From Patescibacteria group bacterium (GTDB lineage: Bacteria > Patescibacteriota > Patescibacteriia > UBA9934 > GWF2-40-263), in the NCBI GenBank assembly GCA_041661745.1, contig JBAZTR010000001.1, positions 15,740 to 79,739 of the forward strand: DNA of 64,000 nucleotides, given 5' to 3'. The first letter of the stretch is position 1, and each line of letters opens with the position of its first letter. Under the pieces are notes generated by a model that made no database searches, was not told the DNA's origin, and saw only the letters and a program-made list of their open reading frames with translations. The position numbers and the translations under genes were made by a program. Of the stretch, positions 9,361-17,314 are shown piece by piece.

Positions 9361-9978
9361 TTACTTTTTCTTTTTTGCGGCAACTTTTTTGGTTGCGACT
9401 TTGGCCTTGGCTTTGGTTTTCTTTTCCTCGACGACTTCCGGCTTTTCAATCTTTTCAATTTTCTCAACCGCTTCTTCCACTGCGGACGGGGCCAGAATTT
9501 TTAGAAGCTTATCAATTTTTGCATTTAAAATTTTAAATTGATCCATCAGCTCACCGGAATTCCTCTGCGGTTTTTCAACATTACTGGCACTGCGATCAAA
9601 GCAAGCTTCGCAGAAGATTGGTTTGCCAGCCATTGGTCGGAAGGGAACTTGGCAATCCTTGCCGCACTTGTCGCAAACAGCATCGTGCATTTGGCGCTCT
9701 TCGAAGCGCGGGCGTTCCGGTCGGTCACGACGTTCGCTTTCGAAGCGGTTAGGTCGGCCGCCATCATCACCCTGTTGCTTGGCAAAACAGTTGCTGCAAA
9801 ACACCGGGCGCTCGCCGGTTGGTTTAAAAGGTAATTGACAATCATCACCACATTCGCTGCAAGTAGCTCTAAACATAGCTGGTCGACCACCGTCTCGACC
9901 GCCAAATTTTCTGGGTCCACCAAACCCACCACGATTAAACCCGCCGCCCGGACGCTGAAAAGTTCCCATAATTAACAT
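9361..9978 (-). CDS. double zinc-ribbon protein with RGG-like Gly/Arg N-terminus and lysine-rich C-terminal tail (putative nucleic-acid binding)
   Basis: N-terminus GGGFNRGGFGGPRKFGGRDGGRP. Two CxxC-x17-CxxC units: CSECGDDCQLPFKPTGERPVFCSNCF and CDKCGKDCQVPFRPMAGKPIFCEACF. A coiled-coil segment follows, and the tail is KKTKAKAKVATKKVAAKKKK. Confidence 0.6.
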   Translation of the reverse strand: MLIMGTFQRPGGGFNRGGFGGPRKFGGRDGGRPAMFRATCSECGDDCQLPFKPTGERPVFCSNCFAKQQGDDGGRPNRFESERRDRPERPRFEERQMHDAVCDKCGKDCQVPFRPMAGKPIFCEACFDRSASNVEKPQRNSGELMDQFKILNAKIDKLLKILAPSAVEEAVEKIEKIEKPEVVEEKKTKAKAKVATKKVAAKKKK

Positions 9979-10090
9979 TTAGATTATTTAAGACGGTAAT
10001 AACCTTAGCATTTTTTCCAATTTAAATCAATGGTAAGCGTCCATAACCGGGATGTTATTAGACAGTCTTGCCTTTTTTCGACTGATTCCT

Positions 10091-10096
10091 TATAAT
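10091..10096 (+). promoter_or_regulatory. candidate -10 element (TATAAT) upstream of tRNA-Asn
   Basis: Exact TATAAT about 30 nt upstream of the tRNA 5' end. Confidence 0.35.
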
Positions 10097-10127
10097 ATCC
10101 ACGCGTTCTTTCGAAGATAGTAAACAT

Positions 10128-10202
10128 TCCGGGGTAGCTCAGCGGCAGAGCAGTGGACTGTTAATCCATTGGTCGTGGGTTCGATCCCCACCCCCGGAGC
10201 CA
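10128..10202 (+). tRNA. tRNA-Asn (anticodon GTT)
   Basis: Acceptor stem tccgggg/ccccgga, D-arm tagctcagcggcagagca and anticodon stem gtgga/tccat with loop cuGUUaa. The T-arm is gtgggttcgatccccac, with discriminator G and an encoded CCA. Confidence 0.9.
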
Positions 10203-10317
10203 TGCACCGTACGGTGCATGGCGGAGCCATCAATAAGGTTTTGCTATGTACCAACAGGTGCATGGCGGAGCTATACACCGAATGGTGTCTAGCGGAGCCC
10301 TCACACCATTCGGTGTG
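10203..10317 (+). repeat. array of degenerate tRNA-3'-end-like repeats interleaved with perfect palindromes
   Basis: GGTGCATGGCGGAGC occurs twice (10213-10227 and 10257-10271), followed by AGCGGAGCCC. The GGAGCCA core mimics the tRNA 3' end CCGGAGCCA. Palindromes are catgcaccgt|acggtgcatg, acaccgaatggtgt and cacaccattcggtgtg. Confidence 0.5.
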
Positions 10318-10421
10318 GGGCAAGCCTTTATTGGTTTGTATGGTTTCGCCATGTATCAAAATAACGGTGAACCGCAAAGACCACCAGTGAAAATTGGCGG
10401 TTTTTGTTATACTAAAAATAT

Positions 10422-10679
10422 ATGTTTTATGTTTATATTCTTATTTGTGTCGATAAAAAGTTTTATATTGGTTTTACTTCTGATCTGAAGAAGAGAATTT
10501 TTCAACACAAAAACGGCGAAGTGCTATCTACTAAACCAAGATTGTCGGTTAGATTAGTTTTTTACGAAGCTTATCTTGATAAATATGATGCTCTGCGACG
10601 AGAAAAATATTTGAAGACGGATAAAGGAAAAACAACATTAAAATCAATGCTAAGAGAGTTTTTAAGTAAACAAAAATAG
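10422..10679 (+). CDS. GIY-YIG nuclease superfamily protein (UPF0213/YhbQ-like)
   Basis: MFYVYILICVDKKFYIGFTSDLKKRIFQHKNG... The GIY-YIG motif (YVYIL...FYIGFT...R...H/E) is followed by an 85-aa body. Confidence 0.8.
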   Translation: MFYVYILICVDKKFYIGFTSDLKKRIFQHKNGEVLSTKPRLSVRLVFYEAYLDKYDALRREKYLKTDKGKTTLKSMLREFLSKQK

Positions 10680-10705
10680 CTTCACTTTTTGTTTACACTT
10701 TGTAT

Positions 10706-11119
10706 ATGACCAAAAAAGAAAAGGAGCAGTGTTCCATTGTGAAATTTTTCGACGAACAAGACATCGTCGGGAAAAATTGTTTTGCTTATGCACTTGGTTT
10801 AGATGTTTATCCGAACAAAAATTCCCAGGAGGCGTGGATCGTCCCCAGTTCTGTTGATATCGCAGGCTGGCTTAACGATCTATTAGTGGAGGACTCCTCG
10901 GGTGATATCATTGTTTATTTTGACGCTGATAAGTTGCCTTGTCATATGGGATTGGTGAAGGGTGAATATGTTGAATCAAAATGGAGAGAATCTCACGTTT
11001 ATCGTCATGATATATTCGCTACCCCTTACGGACGAGCTGTAAAGAGATATCGTGTTACTGATTTTGAGCGGCTAAAACTCGCTTGGAAAGATGAGGTGGA
11101 TTGGATGAAAAATCCTTAA
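10706..11119 (+). CDS. hypothetical protein with Cys...His motif pattern (possible papain-like/NlpC-P60-superfamily hydrolase)
   Basis: The ATG at 10706 is preferred over the TTG at 10700. NCFAYALG (Cys) ... LPCHMGLV ... ESHVYRHD (His residues) are ordered like a permuted papain-fold catalytic set. Weak assignment. Confidence 0.45.
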   Translation: MTKKEKEQCSIVKFFDEQDIVGKNCFAYALGLDVYPNKNSQEAWIVPSSVDIAGWLNDLLVEDSSGDIIVYFDADKLPCHMGLVKGEYVESKWRESHVYRHDIFATPYGRAVKRYRVTDFERLKLAWKDEVDWMKNP

Positions 11120-11217
11120 TAATCGATGAGACCCACGTGCTATCCTGACCCCCTGAAACAGCCCCCGAATCATTGATCAAAGGCGAGTTCTGTACCCGTG
11201 TGCGGAGCCAAGAAAAA

Positions 11218-11247
11218 ACATCTATTTATTTAGATGTTTTTTCTTTT
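11218..11247 (+). terminator. rho-independent terminator
   Basis: acatcta-tttatt-tagatgt is followed by TTTTTTCTTTT. Confidence 0.6.
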
Positions 11248-11370
11248 GTGGGGAGCGAACCGGAAGGGGTTTGGGGAAACACGCTGTTTCCCCACCAATA
11301 GCAGAGGAGGGGTGACAGGCCAGCTCATGCTGGCCGCCATAGGGGAACGACGTTCCCCTATGGAATGTGA

Positions 11371-11390
11371 GATCCCCACCCCCGGAGCCA
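11371..11390 (+). repeat. exact 20-bp direct repeat of tRNA-Asn 3' end (att-like)
   Basis: gatccccacccccggagcca is identical to 10183-10202. Confidence 0.7.
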
Positions 11391-11824
11391 AGACTGACAA
11401 ACCGGGCTTAAAGACTCGGATTCTCCTTTATCTTTATCTGCTTATCGATTTTCAGGTTCGAGCGTTGGTTTTTTGCTGTAAGAATACTGTTAATTAAAAT
11501 TGAATATAATTTCTCAGTTATACTAAAAATTGCCACTTTTGACGATGTAATTTGAAAGAGGTAAAATCAACACGAAAATCAAGTAGTAATTTTTGCCATA
11601 CATATAAACATTGATAAATTTTTTACGATTGAATAAGTGACGAGGATTCTAAGAGTAAATATTCGTTCCGCAAATCGCCACATTGGGTCCGACCGCCTTT
11701 AGACGTCCAAACTAGGAGTTTGACCTATCAAACAGTCTAATCTAAACGCTTTTCTTAAAGGTACGGGAATTATCAAACAAAAAAAGAGGTAAATATATAT
11801 TACAGGAAGTTACCAAGAATAGTT

Positions 11825-14800
11825 ATGAAGAATTTAGATTGGGGGAAAATAAATAATGATAGGGATTTTCAACGTTTAGTGAACGATCTTTTTGCATTGG
11901 AAATTAACCACCCTGCTTTTCTTTCAAGCAATCCAGAGATAGGGGCAGATGGTGGTTGGGACGGACGTTATAGCGGATCATACATGGGCCTTAGCGGTGT
12001 TTGGGATTTCCAAGCGAAATGGACTAAACATAATCTTGATGCAGCTTATAAGCAATTACACACGGAGATTAAAAATGAGTTGGAAAAAGCGAAGAAGAAC
12101 AAAGTACAATTTTTATTAGTTGCAACAAACGCTGATTTAAGAATCGGCACTAACGATCATGTCGGTAAACTTGAGAAACTAAATGAGAACAAAAAATTTG
12201 TCGACCAGTTATTTATTTGGCCACGAGCCAACTTAGAAAGTAAAATAACCCAATATCCGCTGTTAAGGCATAACTACTTTGGCGATCCCCAAGAGCCGAC
12301 ATTCGTCCCAGCTCATGTATTTGCAGAATCAGAGCCGCTTCTTAAGGGAGTTTTTGTCGGACGAAAAGAACCAGTAAGTGTTTTAAAGGGATTTATACAA
12401 AAAGATACATCCAATCTCCTCATTATTCATTCTGGAGGTGGCTATGGAAAAACACATTTTATTGTAGAATCTGGAAAAAGTGGAGATTCTCTATGGCCAG
12501 GTGTTCAAACGTGGTTTTGTCGACCTGGAATTAGAGATATTAACGAAGCTATCAATGAGTTAGACCATGAAAAGGATTGCTTAATATTTCTAGATGATGC
12601 TGAAAGATATTTGGATGATGCAAAAAAACTAATTGCTCACATCAAGACATTTTCTCCTGGAAAATTAAAGGTTATATTGTCTTGCCGCAGCTCAGGCAAA
12701 GAAATTGTCAAAAATTTAGCGGATTCGCAAAGGGTGGATAATTATAATTTGCTTGAGTTACCTCATCTTTCCGAAAAGGAACTTGTAGAAATTTTAAATC
12801 TCGCGGCGGATTCAAAAAAGATTGATCATCCAGAAAGAATTGTAAAAGAACTAAACGGAAATCTGTTTTTGATAATCACGACAGGGAAGCTTATTAAAGG
12901 TGGCGACTTAAACCCAGGCCAGGTTAAAAAGCATATCAAAAATAATTTAGATCAAGAAACCGTCAATGCACTTAAGGATGTACTAGACGAACGTAATTCA
13001 AAGGCTTTTTTAAAAGAGCTATCTATTATTGTTCCATTTTCAAAAGAAAAGCGTGGGAATAACGTGCTTGATAAATTGGCAGCCGTTTTGGAATTAAAAG
13101 TAAATTTAATAAACGAAGCTCTGAATAAACTTATTGAGGCAAAAATTCTTCGTGTTGTTGGCGCCTCGGTAAGATTTAATCCTGATATGAAAGGCGATAT
13201 TTATCTTTCTGTAGAATTAGATAAAGAAAATGGGAAAGATTTAGCGAACAAAATGTTTGAGAATTGGTTACCTATTTTTCCTAAACAACTCACAGCAAAC
13301 CTGGCCGCTGCATCTAGACATAAAGATACGAATTCGGCGAACGAAGCCGTGAAGGAACTTTTCCAAAAATGGATTAATGAAACATCTGAGACTTCCGATT
13401 CATTTAAATCTAAAAGATTAGAACTCGCTGCTTCTATTGCTTTTTTAGCCCCTGAAGAGGCAATCGGTTTGGTTTATGCTTATGTAAATTCATCGAATAC
13501 GCAGAATTCATATGGACTAAATCGAGATACTTATGGGCCAGTCATTTACCATGTTTTGCACGTACCTGGATTTGAAAAAGCAATATTAAAATTGATTCTT
13601 TATCTTGCCCAGAAAGACCTTAAGGGCACTTACGATAATTACAAGCCCACCAGTCTTATAAAACAAGCGATATCACCCGTTGAAGTAAATATAGCTTCAG
13701 CTACTCAATCACTAAAGGAATTGTTGGATTGGGTTAGCAAAGAAAATTGTACCGAACTCGAAGCAAGGCTTGCTAGCGATGGTGTCTCGGAGTCCCTTTC
13801 TGGATCGCACGAACATAGGGAAAGTTACGGTAACCAAATAACCTTTGGCAGAAGAATTCTGCGTTATGAAGGTATATACAAAAAACCAGTGGATGAATTT
13901 AGAGATGTAGGAATGGATGTCCTGAAAGAGTTGGTTCTTCATTCCAATGACAAGATTAAAAAAATAGGCGTGGAAATTGTTGACGACATCGGTCACGAGG
14001 CAACCTCCACAAGTGATGATCTTTGGAAGAGGATTCTATCCGATAAAACAAAAGCTATTGAATGGTTAGAGAAATTAATTAGCGAAACAAGTTCTCATGA
14101 GGTGCTTAGTTCTATCGAAGACGTTCTTGTTAGATATTGGGCCAATAATAATATTTATTTAGGTTTGAGCGATAAAATTGCTGGCATACTTAGAAATTTT
14201 CCGAGATCAACGGAATACATTATTTTTCGATATTTTGTGGCTCGTGATTTGATTATTTCCGATTTTAAAAAAATAGAGTCTGGGGCTCCCGAGAGCGATA
14301 GATGGTCTTGGCTTGTTCAGAATCACTTTCGACTCCATGATTTTCCACAGGAAGAGTTGGACGAGGTAGTAAAAAGGTTATCTGATAAATATAAAAGCAA
14401 GGCCGAGATTATTAAATACTTATATGAACTCGAGAATGAAGTAAAAGGAATTACTCAATGGCAGACCATTCCTTTAGTTGAGACTTGGTCAAAATTCAAT
14501 AACCAATCATTTATTGAGATCGCAGATGATGAAAGTTTGTTGAATAGTGTTCCTAATAGATTCCATCTCGGAATTTATAGAGTTGCCTCCGATAGGGATA
14601 AACAATACATAGTGAAATATGCTAGCCGAATCCTAGGAGATTTAAATAATCTTCAACGCCAAGCTGTAGACAATCTTTTAGACCTTATAATACGACATAG
14701 TGTTTCTACGACAGAATTTATGCCGTGGATATCTCAGATTATTGAGAAAGCAGACGATTATCTTAAGAATCTTATTCTTCATCGTTCTTATTTTATTTTT

Positions 14801-15682
14801 AAGGACAGGGAGCAAACAGAAAAAAAAAAGGTTGTGAATATTCTTGAACAGTCTTTAAGTGGTGTAGTCAACAGCAACGTATTAGATATGTTCGATTTCC
14901 TAGTTCACAGTGCCATAAATTGGAATTTACCAAGCGATGATTTAGATAAAATTCGCAAAAAATTATTTGAAATAATAAAAGATATCCCTTCGGTAGATTA
15001 TCACACAGACGATCTATTAAAATTTGCACTTAATGGTGATTTGGATAAGTTTATTGAATTGGTTGAATATCGTCTCAAAAAACAGAGTGAATATTTTAAA
15101 AATAGAGGCGCTGAAAAATTTGATGCAATTCCCTTTGACGGTTTTCGTTCGGCCACGGAGTTAATTAAGAACTATGACGATTTCGCAAAATTGATGGATA
15201 AAATTAATTTTTGGCGAAATGAGGAGCTTTTATTCTCCTTCGATATTGATGGATTTTTGGGTAAAAGCATTGGTGGCCATGATAGTGAACACGGCGACTA
15301 TTTGTTGCACTATATTGGTGACAAAATAAAGACTGGAGATGCAGAAAGTTTGAAAATAGCTACTAATGCTTTTTTTGGCATCTCCTTTGGTGTAGATACA
15401 ATTGATTTGTTTTTGAATTTTTTGATGGCAGCTGAAAAAGCAGGAGTGTCAGATGAGGCAAAAGACGTTTTTACCCACCAGGTGATAAGTGGTAGTTATA
15501 GTTCCGCGGTAGGGCAAGCTCCACCCGCATTAGTAAATAAAAAAGAAGCATTAGAAAAAATGAGCGCCAAATGCCAGCCAGGAATTATAAAAAACTATGT
15601 AGATTCTTTAACTGGATCAATCGCTGACGATATAAAAAGACACCTAGATGAAGGTGAGGAACTTATATCGCCAAAATCGTAA
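11825..15682 (+). CDS. Avs-like defence protein: N-terminal Mrr-type PD-(D/E)xK nuclease domain + STAND P-loop NTPase + long alpha-helical C-terminal (putative sensor) region
   Basis: Residues about 30-75 read ...EINHPAFL...IGADGGWDGRY...VWDFQAKW, the Mrr_cat pattern E...GxDGGxDG...QxK. Walker A is IIHSGGGYGKTHF, Walker B CLIFLDDAERY and sensor-like VILSCRS. The remaining roughly 900 aa are helix-rich (L/K/E/D). 1285 aa, about 33% GC. Confidence 0.65.
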   Translation: MKNLDWGKINNDRDFQRLVNDLFALEINHPAFLSSNPEIGADGGWDGRYSGSYMGLSGVWDFQAKWTKHNLDAAYKQLHTEIKNELEKAKKNKVQFLLVATNADLRIGTNDHVGKLEKLNENKKFVDQLFIWPRANLESKITQYPLLRHNYFGDPQEPTFVPAHVFAESEPLLKGVFVGRKEPVSVLKGFIQKDTSNLLIIHSGGGYGKTHFIVESGKSGDSLWPGVQTWFCRPGIRDINEAINELDHEKDCLIFLDDAERYLDDAKKLIAHIKTFSPGKLKVILSCRSSGKEIVKNLADSQRVDNYNLLELPHLSEKELVEILNLAADSKKIDHPERIVKELNGNLFLIITTGKLIKGGDLNPGQVKKHIKNNLDQETVNALKDVLDERNSKAFLKELSIIVPFSKEKRGNNVLDKLAAVLELKVNLINEALNKLIEAKILRVVGASVRFNPDMKGDIYLSVELDKENGKDLANKMFENWLPIFPKQLTANLAAASRHKDTNSANEAVKELFQKWINETSETSDSFKSKRLELAASIAFLAPEEAIGLVYAYVNSSNTQNSYGLNRDTYGPVIYHVLHVPGFEKAILKLILYLAQKDLKGTYDNYKPTSLIKQAISPVEVNIASATQSLKELLDWVSKENCTELEARLASDGVSESLSGSHEHRESYGNQITFGRRILRYEGIYKKPVDEFRDVGMDVLKELVLHSNDKIKKIGVEIVDDIGHEATSTSDDLWKRILSDKTKAIEWLEKLISETSSHEVLSSIEDVLVRYWANNNIYLGLSDKIAGILRNFPRSTEYIIFRYFVARDLIISDFKKIESGAPESDRWSWLVQNHFRLHDFPQEELDEVVKRLSDKYKSKAEIIKYLYELENEVKGITQWQTIPLVETWSKFNNQSFIEIADDESLLNSVPNRFHLGIYRVASDRDKQYIVKYASRILGDLNNLQRQAVDNLLDLIIRHSVSTTEFMPWISQIIEKADDYLKNLILHRSYFIFKDREQTEKKKVVNILEQSLSGVVNSNVLDMFDFLVHSAINWNLPSDDLDKIRKKLFEIIKDIPSVDYHTDDLLKFALNGDLDKFIELVEYRLKKQSEYFKNRGAEKFDAIPFDGFRSATELIKNYDDFAKLMDKINFWRNEELLFSFDIDGFLGKSIGGHDSEHGDYLLHYIGDKIKTGDAESLKIATNAFFGISFGVDTIDLFLNFLMAAEKAGVSDEAKDVFTHQVISGSYSSAVGQAPPALVNKKEALEKMSAKCQPGIIKNYVDSLTGSIADDIKRHLDEGEELISPKS

Positions 15683-15685
15683 AAT

Positions 15686-16555
15686 ATGGCCTTAATAATT
15701 AATAACAGAATATGGGAATTATCTGAAAAGTTATACATACACTGTTATGAAACTGGTGGATTTGTTGATTTTTTAAAATCTAACGGGATTAATTTACCCG
15801 ATAATTTTTATGGTAACTTTGAGGCCTATGCATTCATGAGTACTGAGCAAAATAATTTTTCTCAGTTCATGCAAAGAGTTCCTTCATATAGATATTTAGC
15901 CATTTTAGAGAAAGTAATTTTTGATGAAAAAATAAAAAATACACAGAGAGATAGCTGGAATTATTACGGAACCTATATTAAAAAATGGTATCCAGAATTA
16001 TTAGACGAAGTAAAAAAATCCAATTTTAAACTAGACATTTCGCAAAACAAAATAGAATTATTAGAAGAAGGAATAAGTGGGGTTCAAAATAGTTTAGATT
16101 TTTTACAATATGATTTTAATGATCCATTTTTAGATTACATAAAAAAAGAAATAAATGAGAGCTATAGAGAAGGACTTTATTTAGCCGTGATGATTCTAAC
16201 CAGAAAATTAATAGAATGCATAATTCATAGAGTTTTTGAAATAGTTTTCAGGGAACGGGATGAAAATGGAAAATATATACAGCAAAATCACCAATTATGG
16301 TATGACACAACTAACGGAAGAATTTTAAATCTTGATAAATTGATTGATAATTTAAAAGCAAATTCATTCGCCTTTTATGATTTCAAAGATTTGATTGAGG
16401 ATTTATGTAGTTTAATCAAGGTATTTAAAGACGAAGTAAATAAAATGGTGCATCGTGATTATAAAATACCCAAATTAGAAGACGTCGAGAAAAAAGATAT
16501 TCCTGGATTATGTAATAAATTACGAAGAGTTTATAAAAGATTTTGTAATCCTTAA
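15686..16555 (+). CDS. hypothetical protein, operonic with upstream STAND NTPase (4-nt spacer)
   Basis: 289 aa, AT-rich, K/N/E/D-rich helical protein with no recognisable catalytic motif. Confidence 0.65.
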   Translation: MALIINNRIWELSEKLYIHCYETGGFVDFLKSNGINLPDNFYGNFEAYAFMSTEQNNFSQFMQRVPSYRYLAILEKVIFDEKIKNTQRDSWNYYGTYIKKWYPELLDEVKKSNFKLDISQNKIELLEEGISGVQNSLDFLQYDFNDPFLDYIKKEINESYREGLYLAVMILTRKLIECIIHRVFEIVFRERDENGKYIQQNHQLWYDTTNGRILNLDKLIDNLKANSFAFYDFKDLIEDLCSLIKVFKDEVNKMVHRDYKIPKLEDVEKKDIPGLCNKLRRVYKRFCNP

Positions 16556-16567
16556 TTATTAACAAGA

Positions 16568-17131
16568 ATGGAAAATCGAGCACACAACATAGAACCATTA
16601 GAAAAAAGAATTAATCGTTTTCAAAATGGTCATCCGATAGAAATAATTGAGACGCTTTTAAATTCTATCACTATTTTTTTTAATAACGAAATACGTTTAA
16701 CGATTGAGCGTGACAATTATCAAACCTCTTTGTTATTTCTCGGGATTCATGCTGCAGCACTGACGATAGCCGAGGGATTTTTCGGTAAAAAGGGTCCGGA
16801 TGGATATAAATTATTTTTAGAAAAATTTGTCGACGGGAAAACCCCGGATACCAAATTTTCTTCAATAGCTGAACCGATTCATAATTGGCGAAATATAGTC
16901 GCCCATCAATGGTTAGGTATTGTCGGATACGATATTGAATATGATTATAATTCGGTAAAAGGCTGGGAAAAACGGGACAACACTATTTTTATTAATCCAA
17001 AAATTTATTGTGAACATTATCTTAATGCTTTTTCCTCTAAGGGTAAACTATGGAAATATCAGGATATATTTACCGAAGAAGAACTATATCAGATCAAGGA
17101 TCGGCTTCTTAACAAATTTTTACGACGTTAA
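16568..17131 (+). CDS. hypothetical protein with HEPN-like Rx4H motif
   Basis: 187 aa. ...EPIHNWRNIVAHQWLG contains R-x4-H (R108...H113), the HEPN ribonuclease signature. It starts 13 nt after the upstream gene. Confidence 0.55.
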   Translation: MENRAHNIEPLEKRINRFQNGHPIEIIETLLNSITIFFNNEIRLTIERDNYQTSLLFLGIHAAALTIAEGFFGKKGPDGYKLFLEKFVDGKTPDTKFSSIAEPIHNWRNIVAHQWLGIVGYDIEYDYNSVKGWEKRDNTIFINPKIYCEHYLNAFSSKGKLWKYQDIFTEEELYQIKDRLLNKFLRR

Positions 17132-17237
17132 ACCGGGAACTTTCCTTCCAACATATCCACGGCCGCGTCCAGTTTGTAGGACTTCCAACCGCTTAAACTG
17201 ATAGTTCGAAGTTTTCGCGCCGCCTGGAGCCAACATA

Positions 17238-17268
17238 ATCTCAGTTTTAATAACTGAGATTTTGTTTT
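17238..17268 (+). terminator. rho-independent terminator closing the AT-rich cassette
   Basis: atctcagtt-ttaat-aactgagat is followed by TTTGTTTT. Confidence 0.55.
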
Positions 17269-17314
17269 ACTTAATCAATCGCTTTTTATTTCAAAATAAT
17301 GTAAAGTTTAAAAA

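Larger units (their letters stand above)
10203..17268. mobile_element. putative tRNA-Asn-linked composite genomic island (small GIY-YIG module plus AT-rich defence module); no integrase detected
   Basis: Immediately 3' of the tRNA. An exact 20-bp copy of the tRNA 3' end lies at 11371-11390, with degenerate copies at 10220-10229, 10264-10273, about 11176-11205 and about 17215-17235. GC drops to about 33% over 11400-17300 against about 45% for the flanks. Confidence 0.45.

Noticed and set aside
10203-10317. Possible CRISPR array
   Set aside because: The repeats are irregular in length and spacing, each is a palindrome plus a tRNA-end mimic, and there are only 3 units. No cas genes are present, so this is not a CRISPR array.
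10169-10488. 73-aa and 80-aa plus-strand ORFs
   Set aside because: They run through the tRNA-Asn gene and the palindromic repeat array, so they are artefacts of the ORF finder.
11234-11497. 87-aa ORF spanning the 20-bp att-like repeat
   Set aside because: It crosses a terminator and the tRNA-derived repeat. It has no start context and shows a composition shift mid-ORF.
10203-17268. Active mobile element (ICE or prophage)
   Set aside because: No integrase, recombinase, transposase, relaxase or phage structural genes are present. It can only be called an immobilised or decayed island on the present evidence.
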